Shown here: piece after piece, positions 19,507 through 31,960 of the stretch
Numbering within the stretch: position 1 is the stretch's first letter
How the letters are laid out: each line of letters starts with the position of its first letter
Source: Lingula anatina
Taxonomy: Eukaryota; Animalia; Brachiopoda
DNA length: 64,000 nucleotides
Reading direction: 5' to 3'
NCBI GenBank assembly: GCA_051362555.1
Contig: JBPQGU010000013.1
Coordinates: 62,001-126,000 of the forward strand
Position numbers and translations under genes: made by a program
Notes under the pieces: model-generated
What the model was told of the DNA's origin: nothing
The model's input: the letters and a program-made list of their open reading frames with translations, nothing else
The model's database searches: none

Positions 19507-21429
19507 TTAATTACATGCTCTCTTTGAATAGCTATGATCAGGAATTACAAGTTTTGGCATAGATATGCATCTTCTGTAGTCATTATTACTTTTCAATGCT
19601 TTAGATCTGTCATATCTTCTGTAACGGCTAAGGATTCTCTGTCTAGCTCTTAACTTAAATGCAACTGTCTTTTTGTGATTTACTCTCATTTTCATCTGTT
19701 TTTCATCTTTCTCCAGATATTTAACAACTGAAGAAGTGGGCCTAACACCAACAGAGGCCATCTTACACAAAGTGGATTGCTTAAGTCCATTATTCCTCAA
19801 GTGAACTGCACTGTGAATCCTGCCTTCGAAGTTCCGTGAAAAGGTGACAACTTTATTATTAGTTTTCTGAAATGTCCGGTTTAAAGACTCCACTTTTTGT
19901 GTGTTGGTATTAAGTTTTGTTGATTCAATTGCCCTTGGGCCCAGTCTATAATTTAGGCACTGTCTTAAGATGTGCACATCTTCAGAGTTGCTAAAGTCTA
20001 GTTTGCCTTTCTCAGGGAAAATAGTTTCCGTGCCACCTTTGCATACATAAGAATACTTTAAGCAGTTTTCACAATCACCGTTGTAACAACTAATTATAGA
20101 GTCAGTGACATAACTCAGTGCTCTTTTAATCAATTCTATGTCCCCTTTATTTGCTTTATAGCAGGCATCGAATTCAGCATAACAGCGCATTGCTATGCAC
20201 TGAGCAAAGCGTTTCTGCATCTTGTCTCTGGAGTACTTTGTTTTCCCTGGGAAAACTTGACCGGAAAATGGTGCTTTTTCAATTTGCTTTTTCAGAGCTT
20301 TACTGAAGTGGCGCGTGTCCCGAAGACTTTCGACATCATCACATGCAGAGTGGGCTCGGCTATCACCATCAGTGGTCAAGGCACCAACTGTGACCTCTCC
20401 AGAAATTTCCTCGAGGATCTGCTGCATGGCACGTTTCTCGTCTCCAATACTGTCGTCTTCCCGTAGATTCGCCGTGCAGATACCACTGTGCTCTGGACAG
20501 GATACATCTTCCCCTCTACTTTTAAGCAGGTGAGCTGTGTGGCATAACTTGTTTCCGGTGTAAACACCAATGATGTCTTTTTTGCTGGTTACATTTTCTG
20601 CAACGGTGTATACAGTCTGAGTGGCTGGCTGGTATGGTGTTTTGTTCCCTCCACTAAACAGACTATTATTATATCTGCCATCTCCTTCCACTGCTATGGG
20701 CTGTCCTTCACACCCTCTCAGATCTTGAATGCGGCGTAGATTCTCACGGCGCTGTTGCATGTCAGCTTTGTTAAGCTTGGTTATAGCAGCACCGACTTTA
20801 TTTGCTTGCTTTTGCATGGATGATGCACTGGGCGGGGTCACATTGGTCGCCATTAGAATCTGCCTCATGGCCGTGTTGGAGATCATGTTTTGTGACAGGC
20901 CTACTTGCAAGCCTGCATTCACCGTTGCTGCTCTCCTGCCACGCTGCTTGCTCTCGACTTCATTGTACAATTTCTGTTTCCCTGTCCTGTACTGACACGT
21001 GTCACATTTTAGTCCCATTGACCAAGCCACTCCCCACTTGCTTTCTGCCTCTCTGTCCCAAACCATTGAGCCAGTGCACTCAGCTGTATGCTCTGACAAG
21101 ACTTTGTTGACCAGATTGACAATTTTTTCTGGTGAAACCAACTTGTATTCATCATCTGGGGGTTGGGGCTGGCTGCTGGACAAACTCTCTGACTGGGCCC
21201 TCCTAGGTCTGAGGATGACGGGTGCATCAGGGTTGCTGCTGAGGGTTGCTGGCGGCCCGACAGGGGGTGGAGAGGAGGCTGCCTGGTACAACTCTTGGCT
21301 GGGTCTGATGTATCTTCTCACAATAGGCTCTGGAGGCTGGTCAGACTTCTGTCTTGCATGGTATAGCTTGTGTCCCTTCACAAATACACTTTTTCTTCGT
21401 TTTTTCCAGCTACCTTTACCGTACGGCAT
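19507..21429 (-). CDS. DDE transposase, intact copy
   Basis: Identical translation. Confidence 0.9.
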   Translation of the reverse strand: MPYGKGSWKKRRKSVFVKGHKLYHARQKSDQPPEPIVRRYIRPSQELYQAASSPPPVGPPATLSSNPDAPVILRPRRAQSESLSSSQPQPPDDEYKLVSPEKIVNLVNKVLSEHTAECTGSMVWDREAESKWGVAWSMGLKCDTCQYRTGKQKLYNEVESKQRGRRAATVNAGLQVGLSQNMISNTAMRQILMATNVTPPSASSMQKQANKVGAAITKLNKADMQQRRENLRRIQDLRGCEGQPIAVEGDGRYNNSLFSGGNKTPYQPATQTVYTVAENVTSKKDIIGVYTGNKLCHTAHLLKSRGEDVSCPEHSGICTANLREDDSIGDEKRAMQQILEEISGEVTVGALTTDGDSRAHSACDDVESLRDTRHFSKALKKQIEKAPFSGQVFPGKTKYSRDKMQKRFAQCIAMRCYAEFDACYKANKGDIELIKRALSYVTDSIISCYNGDCENCLKYSYVCKGGTETIFPEKGKLDFSNSEDVHILRQCLNYRLGPRAIESTKLNTNTQKVESLNRTFQKTNNKVVTFSRNFEGRIHSAVHLRNNGLKQSTLCKMASVGVRPTSSVVKYLEKDEKQMKMRVNHKKTVAFKLRARQRILSRYRRYDRSKALKSNNDYRRCISMPKLVIPDHSYSKRACN

Positions 21430-22132
21430 GGTGGATAGAAAGTGACTTCTGAGTCCAGAGGCAGAGACAGGGCATTTTATAGCATCAGCTGCCCATTGTC
21501 TCTCCCAGGTGTGCAGGAAAGCAGGATACATTACAACAAAAGGTATGAACAGTGATTGGTAGTGGGGTTTCCTGTAAACAGCAAACTGCATGGCCCCAGT
21601 GCAGGAGGGGGGTATACAGCTTAGCAGTGAGTATTGTTCTGCAGGGAGGGACAAGAAGCTCATTTCCTGTATCCTCACAACAAACACAAACAAACATAAA
21701 CAACAGTTGTGACAATTAACCTTGCACTTGAGTTTAAGTAATTTTTAGATATTTTAAAATATTTTTATTAGTAATTTTCCACTTTTCACATTTTATTTCT
21801 CAACAAAGTGCACTTAAACTAGGCCCAACCAGTTAAGATGCTTATCTCAGATTTTCACACCTGTCCAGCATAAGGTGTCCAAATTTCAAAACAATTGAAA
21901 CAAATTCAGGCACAGAAATGTACATTTAACTTTTTATCACTCATGAAATTATGCTTTCTCACCAGGTGCAATGTTGGCTAGAGTGGCCGATACAGCAACC
22001 ACATTTTCAACTTGACAGGGCTCAGTCATCAAGAGACCGTTCTCAGTCATATTGGGCGGAGCAGTTGGCAGTGTATTAAGGTTTTAATTTTTGGTGTCAG
22101 AAGGTAAGAACAGGGGGGGTGGTTTGTGTGAA

Positions 22133-22590
22133 GGGCAGAAACCTCCAAATCAACCAATCAGCACCTGTTATAGACGAATATAGTTCAGTGAGAAAAAATG
22201 AGTGCTTTTTTCCATTTTTTTCCTGGCATTTCTTGTGTGTTGCTAGGGTTAATTTTGGTATCAACTAGCAGAGTAGGGTGTTAACTACTGCCAGTTTTTT
22301 TTTCAGGACCAGGCACAGGTGCAGTGCAGTCGTGAGACCTCTGGCGGAAGGGTCTACTGACTGTGAGTGGTGCAGTGGTTTGTTTACAAACAGAGGGGTG
22401 CACATGTTCAAGTGATGCCGGTAAGACAGCGGAGTTGATGACAGTATATTTTTTTGCCATTTGGAGTTATGTCAGTGTGTCTGCTGTCCATGGAGATGGG
22501 AAATGTTTCCCAGAGTTATTTTCTTTATGCAGTTTTGCAGGCATTTCTTAGTATGGTCGTCAATGGGAAATATTTTGGTGGTTTCTCCCC
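22133..22590 (+). repeat. LTDR copy (short allele)
   Basis: Same TIRs, 458 bp. Confidence 0.88.
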
Positions 22591-22689
22591 TGAACAGGAA
22601 AAGTGACAACTGTTCACTTTTGGCTTAGTTTCTAAATTTAGAGCAGCACAGGCCATAAAAGGGTGCTCTTGCATCATTTCACACAAAAA

Positions 22690-23055
22690 ATGGCTAATGA
22701 CCAGTTCTAGGATGTATATCTTGCGAAATTACATGCAAAATTGCATAACACACAGGAGGGATACTGTTGGCTGTGGACTGGGGGCACCAGTTGTTCCAGT
22801 GGGGCCCGTTATGGGTTATGGAGGGTTACATTTCCTGGGGCTAGACACTCTGTTACTGTTGGAGTGCACAGGGTGGCATTTATGCTTAGGAGAGGGTTTT
22901 ACACATTCCACCCGTGTGGAGTCGGTCTGTGCTGTAACCCCGATCATCTCACAGCAGAGCCTCAATGAATCAACAATAACAGATTACATTGTCGTAATGT
23001 GGGCAGGTGCCTCAGACACAGACGGGGGCCAAATTGTGTACATGATAATTATTAA
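22690..23055 (+). pseudogene. His-Me finger nuclease copy (same two stops)
   Basis: Identical. Confidence 0.85.
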
Positions 23056-23213
23056 TATTATTGTTATTATTATTAAATTTACATTTACTTAATTTATAGA
23101 TTTCTCAATTATATTTATAAGTTTTAAGACTAGAAGAAAGACCAACAAACTTTTTTTCATATTTCACAACCAGTTTATTACAGAGTAGTATCTTAAAATC
23201 ATACATTTTTATT

Positions 23214-25141
23214 TTAATTACATGCTCTCTTTGAATAGCTATGATCAGGAATTACAAGTTTTGGCATAGATATGCATCTTCTGTAGTCATTATTACTTTT
23301 CAATGCTTTAGATCTGTCATATCTTCTGTAACGGCTAAGGATTCTCTGTCTAGCTCTTAACTTAAATGCAACTGTCTTTTTGTGATTTACTCTCATTTTC
23401 ATCTGTTTTTCATCTTTCTCCAGATATTTAACAACTGAAGAAGTGGGCCTAACACCAACAGAGGCCATCTTACACAAAGTGGATTGCTTAAGTCCATTAT
23501 TCCTCAAGTGAACTGCACTGTGAATCCTGCCTTCGAAGTTCCGTGAAAAGGTGACAACTTTATTATTAGTTTTCTGAAATGTCCGGTTTAAAGACTCCAC
23601 TTTTTGTGTGTTGGTATTAAGTTTTGTTGATTCAATTGCCCTTGGGCCCAGTCTATAATTTAGGCACTGTCTTAAGATGTGCACATCTTCAGAGTTGCTA
23701 AAGTCTAGTTTGCCTTTCTCAGGGAAAATAGTTTCCGTGCCACCTTTGCATACATAAGAATACTTTAAGCAGTTTTCACAATCACCGTTGTAACAACTAA
23801 TTATAGAGTCAGTGACATAACTCAGTGCTCTTTTAATCAATTCTATGTCCCCTTTATTTGCTTTATAGCAGGCATCGAATTCAGCATAACAGCGCATTGC
23901 TATGCACTGAGCAAAGCGTTTCTGCATCTTGTCTCTGGAGTACTTTGTTTTCCCTGGGAAAACTTGACCGGAAAATGGTGCTTTTTCAATTTGCTTTTTC
24001 AGAGCTTTACTGAAGTGGCGCGTGTCCCGAAGACTTTCGACATCATCACATGCAGAGTGGGCTCGGCTATCACCATCAGTGGTCAAGGCACCAACTGTGA
24101 CCTCTCCAGAAATTTCCTCGAGGATCTGCTGCATGGCACGTTTCTCGTCTCCAATACTGTCGTCTTCCCGTAGATTCGCCGTGCAGATACCACTGTGCTC
24201 TGGACAGGATACATCTTCCCCTCTACTTTTAAGCAGGTGAGCTGTGTGGCATAACTTGTTTCCGGTGTAAACACCAATGATGTCTTTTTTGCTGGTTACA
24301 TTTTCTGCAACGGTGTATACAGTCTGAGTGGCTGGCTGGTATGGTGTTTTGTTCCCTCCACTAAACAGACTATTATTATATCTGCCATCTCCTTCCACTG
24401 CTATGGGCTGTCCTTCACACCCTCTCAGATCTTGAATGCGGCGTAGATTCTCACGGCGCTGTTGCATGTCAGCTTTGTTAAGCTTGGTTATAGCAGCACC
24501 GACTTTATTTGCTTGCTTTTGCATGGATGATGCACTGGGCGGGGTCACATTGGTCGCCATTAGAATCTGCCTCATGGCCGTGTTGGAGATCATGTTTTGT
24601 GACAGGCCTACTTGCAAGCCTGCATTCACCGTTGCTGCTCTCCTGCCACGCTGCTTGCTCTCGACTTCATTGTACAAATTTCTGTTTCCCTGTCCTGTAC
24701 TGACACGTGTCACATTTTAGTCCCATTGACCAAGCCACTCCCCACTTGCTTTTCTGCCTCTCTGTCCCCAAACCATTGAGCCAGTGCACTCAGCTGTATG
24801 CTCTGACAAGACTTTGTTGACCAGATTGACAATTTTTTCTGGTGAAACCAACTTGTATTCATCATCTGGGGGTTGGGGCTGGCTGCTGGACAAACTCTCT
24901 GACTGGGCCCCTCCTAGGTCTGAGGATGACGGGTGCATCAGGGTTGCTGCTGAGGGTTGCTGGCGGCCCGACAGGGGGTGGAGAGGAGGCTGCCTGGTAC
25001 AACTCTTGGCTGGGTCTGATGTTATCTTCTCACAATAGGCTCTGGAGGCTGGTCAGACTTCTGTCTTGCATGGTATAGCTTGTGTCCCTTCACAAATACA
25101 CTTTTTCTTCGTTTTTTCCAGCTACCTTTACCGTACGGCAT
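23214..25141 (-). pseudogene. Transposase copy with several +1 frameshifts (probably consensus errors)
   Basis: Single-base homopolymer expansions between about 24675 and 25025. Confidence 0.7.
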
Positions 25142-25849
25142 GGTGGATAGAAAGTGACTTCTGAGTCCAGAGGCAGAGACAGGGCATTTTTATAGCATCA
25201 GCTGCCCATTTGTCTCTCCCAGGTGTGCAGAAAGCAGGATACATTACAACAAAAGGTTATGAACAGTGATTGGTAGTGGGGTTTCCTGTAAACAGCAAAC
25301 TGCATGGCCCCAGTGCAGGAGGGGGGTATACAGCTTAGCAGTGAGTATTGTTCTGCAGGGAGGGACAAGAAGCTCATTTCCTGTATCCTCACAACAAACA
25401 CAAACAAACATAAACAACAGTTGTGACAATTAACCTTGCACTTGAGTTTAAGTAATTTTTAGATATTTTAAAATATTTTTATTAGTAATTTTCCACTTTT
25501 CACATTTTATTTCTCAACAAAGTGCACTTAAACTAGGCCCAACCAGTTAAGATGCTTATCTCAGATTTTCACACCTGTCCCAGCATAAGGTGTCCAAATT
25601 TCAAAACAATTGAAACAAATTCAGGCACAGAAATGTACATTTAACTTTTTATCACTCATGAAATTATGCTTTCTCACCAGGTGCAATGTTGGCTAGAGTG
25701 GCCGATACAGCAACCACATTTTCAACTTGACAGGGCTCAGTCATCAAGAGACCGTTCTCAGTCCATATTGGGCGGAGCAGTTGGCAGTGTATTAAGGTTT
25801 TAATTTTTGGTGTCAGAAGGTAAGAACAGGGGGGGGTGGTTTGTGTGAA

Positions 25850-26283
25850 GGGCAGAAACCTCCAAATCAACCAATCAGCACCTGTTATAGACGAATATAG
25901 TTCAGTGAGAAAAAATGAGTGCTTTTTTCCATTTTTTTTCCTGGCATTTCTTGTGTGTTTGCTAGGGTTAATTTTGGTATCAACTAGCAGAGTAGGGTGT
26001 TAACTACTGCCAGTTTTTTTTTCAGGACCAGGCACAGGTGCAGTGCAGTCGTGAGACCTCTGGCGGAAGGGTCTACTGACTGTGAGTGGTGCAGTGGTTT
26101 GTTTACAAAACAGAGGGGTGCACATGTTCAAGTGATGCCGGTAAGACAGCGGAGTTGATGACAGTATATTTTTTTGCCATTTGGAGTTATGTCAGTGTGT
26201 CTGCTGTCCATGGAGATGGGAAATGTTTCCCAGAGTTATTTTCTTTATGCAGTTTTGCAGCATTTCTTAGTATGGTCGTCAAT
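25850..26283 (+). repeat. LTDR copy truncated 26 bp before its right end by fold-back junction 1
   Basis: Left TIR present; sequence stops at ...gtcgtcaat, before the right TIR. Confidence 0.85.
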
Positions 26284-26461
26284 AGTAAATCACAAAAAGA
26301 CAGTTGCATTTAAGTTAAGAGCTAGACAGAGAATCCTTAGCCGTTACAGAAGATATGACAGATCTAAAGCATTGAAAAGTAATAATGACTACAGAAGATG
26401 CATATCTATGCCAAAACTTGTAATTCCTGATCATAGCTATTCAAAGAGAGCATGTAATTAA
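26284..26461 (+). pseudogene. 3' fragment of transposase at junction 1
   Basis: Encodes VNHKKTVAF...DHSYSKRACN*. Confidence 0.85.
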
Positions 26462-26619
26462 AATAAAAATGTATGATTTTAAGATACTACTCTGTAATAA
26501 ACTGGTTGTGAAATATGAAAAAAAGTTTGTTGGTCTTTCTTCTAGTCTTAAAACTTATAAATATAATTGAGAAATCTATAAATTAAGTAAATGTAAATTT
26601 AATAATAATAACAATAATA

Positions 26620-26985
26620 TTAATAATTATCATGTACACAATTTGGCCCCCGTCTGTGTCTGAGGCACCTGCCCACATTACGACAATGTAATCTGTTATT
26701 GTTGATTCATTGAGGCTCTGCTGTGAGATGATCGGGGTTACAGCACAGACCGACTCCACACGGGTGGAATGTGTAAAACCCTCTCCTAAGCATAAATGCC
26801 ACCCTGTGCACTCCAACAGTAACAGAGTGTCTAGCCCCAGGAAATGTAACCCTCCATAACCCATAACGGGCCCCACTGGAACAACTGGTGCCCCCAGTCC
26901 ACAGCCAACAGTATCCCTCCTGTGTGTTATGCAATTTTGCATGTAATTTCGCAAGATATACATCCTAGAACTGGTCATTAGCCAT
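26620..26985 (-). pseudogene. His-Me finger nuclease copy (same two stops)
   Basis: Reverse complement of 441-806. Confidence 0.85.
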
Positions 26986-27084
26986 TTTTTGTGTGAAATG
27001 ATGCAAGAGCACCCTTTTATGGCCTGTGCTGCTCTAAATTTAGAAACTAAGCCAAAAGTGAACAGTTGTCACTTTTCCTGTTCA

Positions 27085-27542
27085 GGGGAGAAACCACCAA
27101 AATATTTCCCATTGACGACCATACTAAGAAATGCCTGCAAAACTGCATAAAGAAAATAACTCTGGGAAACATTTCCCATCTCCATGGACAGCAGACACAC
27201 TGACATAACTCCAAATGGCAAAAAAATATACTGTCATCAACTCCGCTGTCTTACCGGCATCACTTGAACATGTGCACCCCTCTGTTTGTAAACAAACCAC
27301 TGCACCACTCACAGTCAGTAGACCCTTCCGCCAGAGGTCTCACGACTGCACTGCACCTGTGCCTGGTCCTGAAAAAAAAACTGGCAGTAGTTAACACCCT
27401 ACTCTGCTAGTTGATACCAAAATTAACCCTAGCAACACACAAGAAATGCCAGGAAAAAAATGGAAAAAAGCACTCATTTTTTCTCACTGAACTATATTCG
27501 TCTATAACAGGTGCTGATTGGTTGATTTGGAGGTTTCTGCCC
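27085..27542 (-). repeat. LTDR copy, inverted (long allele)
   Basis: ggggagaaaccacc...ggaggtttctgccc, 458 bp. Confidence 0.88.
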
Positions 27543-28250
27543 TGAGATTCACACAAACCACCCCCCCTGTTCTTACCTTCTGACACCAAAAATTAAAACC
27601 TTAATACACTGCCAACTGCTCCGCCCAATATGACTGAGAACGGTCTCTTGATGACTGAGCCCTGTCAAGTTGAAAATGTGGTTGCTGTATCGGCCACTCT
27701 AGCCAACATTGCACCTGGTGAGAAAGCATAATTTCATGAGTGATAAAAAGTTAAATGTACATTTCTGTGCCTGAATTTGTTTCAATTGTTTTGAAATTTG
27801 GACACCTTATGCTGGACAGGTGTGAAAATCTGAGATAAGCATCTTAACTGGTTGGGCCTAGTTTAAGTGCACTTTGTTGAGAAATAAAATGTGAAAAGTG
27901 GAAAATTACTAATAAAAATATTTTAAAATATCTAAAAATTACTTAAACTCAAGTGCAAGGTTAATTGTCACAACTGTTGTTTATGTTTGTTTGTGTTTGT
28001 TGTGAGGATACAGGAAATGAGCTTCTTGTCCCTCCCTGCAGAACAATACTCACTGCTAAGCTGTATACCCCCCTCCTGCACTGGGGCCATGCAGTTTGCT
28101 GTTTACAGGAAACCCCACTACCAATCACTGTTCATACCTTTTGTTGTAATGTATCCTGCTTTCCTGCACACCTGGGAGAGACAATGGGCAGCTGATGCTA
28201 TAAAATGCCCTGTCTCTGCCTCTGGACTCAGAAGTCACTTTCTATCCACC

Positions 28251-30171
28251 ATGCCGTACGGTAAAGGTAGCTGGAAAAAACGAAGAAAAAGTGTATTTGT
28301 GAAGGGACACAAGCTATACCATGCAAGACAGAAGTCTGACCAGCCTCCAGAGCCTATTGTGAGAAGATACATCAGACCCAGCCAAGAGTTGTACCAGGCA
28401 GCCTCCTCTCCACCCCCTGTCGGGCCGCCAGCAACCCTCAGCAGCAACCCTGATGCACCCGTCATCCTCAGACCTAGGAGGGCCCAGTCAGAGAGTTTGT
28501 CCAGCAGCCAGCCCCAACCCCCAGATGATGAATACAAGTTGGTTTCACCAGAAAAAATTGTCAATCTGGTCAACAAAGTCTTGTCAGAGCATACAGCTGA
28601 GTGCACTGGCTCAATGGTTTGGGACAGAGAGGCAAAGCAAGTGGGGAGTGGCTTGGTCAATGGGACTAAAATGTGACACGTGTCAGTACAGGACAGGGAA
28701 ACAGAAATTGTACAATGAAGTCGAGAGCAAGCAGCGTGGCAGGAGAGCAGCAACGGTGAATGCAGGCTTGCAAGTAGGCCTGTCACAAAACATGATCTCC
28801 AACACGGCCATGAGGCAGATTCTAATGGCGACCAATGTGACCCCGCCCAGTGCATCATCCATGCAAAAGCAAGCAAATAAAGTCGGTGCTGCTATAACCA
28901 AGCTTAACAAAGCTGACATGCAACAGCGCCGTGAGAATCTACGCCGCATTCAAGATCTGAGAGGGTGTGAAGGACAGCCCATAGCAGTGGAAGGAGATGG
29001 CAGATATAATAATAGTCTGTTTAGTGGAGGGAACAAAACACCATACCAGCCAGCCACTCAGACTGTATACACCGTTGCAGAAAATGTAACCAGCAAAAAA
29101 GACATCATTGGTGTTTACACCGGAAACAAGTTATGCCACACAGCTCACCTGCTTAAAAGTAGAGGGGAAGATGTATCCTGTCCAGAGCACAGTGGTATCT
29201 GCACGGCGAATCTACGGGAAGACGACAGTATTGGAGACGAGAAACGTGCCATGCAGCAGATCCTCGAGGAAATTTCTGGAGAGGTCACAGTTGGTGCCTT
29301 GACCACTGATGGTGATAGCCGAGCCCACTCTGCATGTGATGATGTCGAAAGTCTTCGGGACACGCGCCACTTCAGTAAAGCTCTGAAAAAGCAAATTGAA
29401 AAAGCACCATTTTCCGGTCAAGTTTTCCCAGGGAAAACAAAGTACTCCAGAGACAAGATGCAGAAACGCTTTGCTCAGTGCATAGCAATGCGCTGTTATG
29501 CTGAATTCGATGCCTGCTATAAAGCAAATAAAGGGGACATAGAATTGATTAAAAGAGCACTGAGTTATGTCACTGACTCTATAATTAGTTGTTACAACGG
29601 TGATTGTGAAAACTGCTTAAAGTATTCTTATGTATGCAAAGGTGGCACGGAAACTATTTTCCCTGAGAAAGGCAAACTAGACTTTAGCAACTCTGAAGAT
29701 GTGCACATCTTAAGACAGTGCCTAAATTATAGACTGGGCCCAAGGGCAATTGAATCAACAAAACTTAATACCAACACACAAAAAGTGGAGTCTTTAAACC
29801 GGACATTTCAGAAAACTAATAATAAAGTTGTCACCTTTTCACGGAACTTCGAAGGCAGGATTCACAGTGCAGTTCACTTGAGGAATAATGGACTTAAGCA
29901 ATCCACTTTGTGTAAGATGGCCTCTGTTGGTGTTAGGCCCACTTCTTCAGTTGTTAAATATCTGGAGAAAGATGAAAAACAGATGAAAATGAGAGTAAAT
30001 CACAAAAAGACAGTTGCATTTAAGTTAAGAGCTAGACAGAGAATCCTTAGCCGTTACAGAAGATATGACAGATCTAAAGCATTGAAAAGTAATAATGACT
30101 ACAGAAGATGCATATCTATGCCAAAACTTGTAATTCCTGATCATAGCTATTCAAAGAGAGCATGTAATTAA
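28251..30171 (+). pseudogene. Transposase copy with 2-bp deletion near 28634
   Basis: ggcaaagcaa vs ggcagaaagcaa in other copies. Confidence 0.7.
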
Positions 30172-30329
30172 AATAAAAATGTATGATTTTAAGATACTAC
30201 TCTGTAATAAACTGGTTGTGAAATATGAAAAAAAGTTTGTTGGTCTTTCTTCTAGTCTTAAAACTTATAAATATAATTGAGAAATCTATAAATTAAGTAA
30301 ATGTAAATTTAATAATAATAACAATAATA

Positions 30330-30695
30330 TTAATAATTATCATGTACACAATTTGGCCCCCGTCTGTGTCTGAGGCACCTGCCCACATTACGACAATGTA
30401 ATCTGTTATTGTTGATTCATTGAGGCTCTGCTGTGAGATGATCGGGGTTACAGCACAGACCGACTCCACACGGGTGGAATGTGTAAAACCCTCTCCTAAG
30501 CATAAATGCCACCCTGTGCACTCCAACAGTAACAGAGTGTCTAGCCCCAGGAAATGTAACCCTCCATAACCCATAACGGGCCCCACTGGAACAACTGGTG
30601 CCCCCAGTCCACAGCCAACAGTATCCCTCCTGTGTGTTATGCAATTTTGCATGTAATTTCGCAAGATATACATCCTAGAACTGGTCATTAGCCAT
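30330..30695 (-). pseudogene. His-Me finger nuclease copy (same two stops)
   Basis: Identical. Confidence 0.85.
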
Positions 30696-30794
30696 TTTTT
30701 GTGTGAAATGATGCAAGAGCACCCTTTTATGGCCTGTGCTGCTCTAAATTTAGAAACTAAGCCAAAAGTGAACAGTTGTCACTTTTCCTGTTCA

Positions 30795-31252
30795 GGGGAG
30801 AAACCACCAAAATATTTCCCATTGACGACCATACTAAGAAATGCCTGCAAAACTGCATAAAGAAAATAACTCTGGGAAACATTTCCCATCTCCATGGACA
30901 GCAGACACACTGACATAACTCCAAATGGCAAAAAAATATACTGTCATCAACTCCGCTGTCTTACCGGCATCACTTGAACATGTGCACCCCTCTGTTTGTA
31001 AACAAACCACTGCACCACTCACAGTCAGTAGACCCTTCCGCCAGAGGTCTCACGACTGCACTGCACCTGTGCCTGGTCCTGAAAAAAAAACTGGCAGTAG
31101 TTAACACCCTACTCTGCTAGTTGATACCAAAATTAACCCTAGCAACACACAAGAAATGCCAGGAAAAAAATGGAAAAAAGCACTCATTTTTTCTCACTGA
31201 ACTATATTCGTCTATAACAGGTGCTGATTGGTTGATTTGGAGGTTTCTGCCC
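30795..31252 (-). repeat. LTDR copy, inverted (long allele)
   Basis: Same TIRs, 458 bp. Confidence 0.88.
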
Positions 31253-31960
31253 TGAGATTCACACAAACCACCCCCCCTGTTCTTACCTTCTGACACCAAA
31301 AATTAAAACCTTAATACACTGCCAACTGCTCCGCCCAATATGACTGAGAACGGTCTCTTGATGACTGAGCCCTGTCAAGTTGAAAATGTGGTTGCTGTAT
31401 CGGCCACTCTAGCCAACATTGCACCTGGTGAGAAAGCATAATTTCATGAGTGATAAAAAGTTAAATGTACATTTCTGTGCCTGAATTTGTTTCAATTGTT
31501 TTGAAATTTGGACACCTTATGCTGGACAGGTGTGAAAATCTGAGATAAGCATCTTAACTGGTTGGGCCTAGTTTAAGTGCACTTTGTTGAGAAATAAAAT
31601 GTGAAAAGTGGAAAATTACTAATAAAAATATTTTAAAATATCTAAAAATTACTTAAACTCAAGTGCAAGGTTAATTGTCACAACTGTTGTTTATGTTTGT
31701 TTGTGTTTGTTGTGAGGATACAGGAAATGAGCTTCTTGTCCCTCCCTGCAGAACAATACTCACTGCTAAGCTGTATACCCCCCTCCTGCACTGGGGCCAT
31801 GCAGTTTGCTGTTTACAGGAAACCCCACTACCAATCACTGTTCATACCTTTTGTTGTAATGTATCCTGCTTTCCTGCACACCTGGGAGAGACAATGGGCA
31901 GCTGATGCTATAAAATGCCCTGTCTCTGCCTCTGGACTCAGAAGTCACTTTCTATCCACC

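Noticed and set aside
26174-26461. Chimeric 95-aa ORF across junction 1
   Set aside because: Non-ATG start, depends on indels in a low-quality stretch, and is a by-product of the junction.
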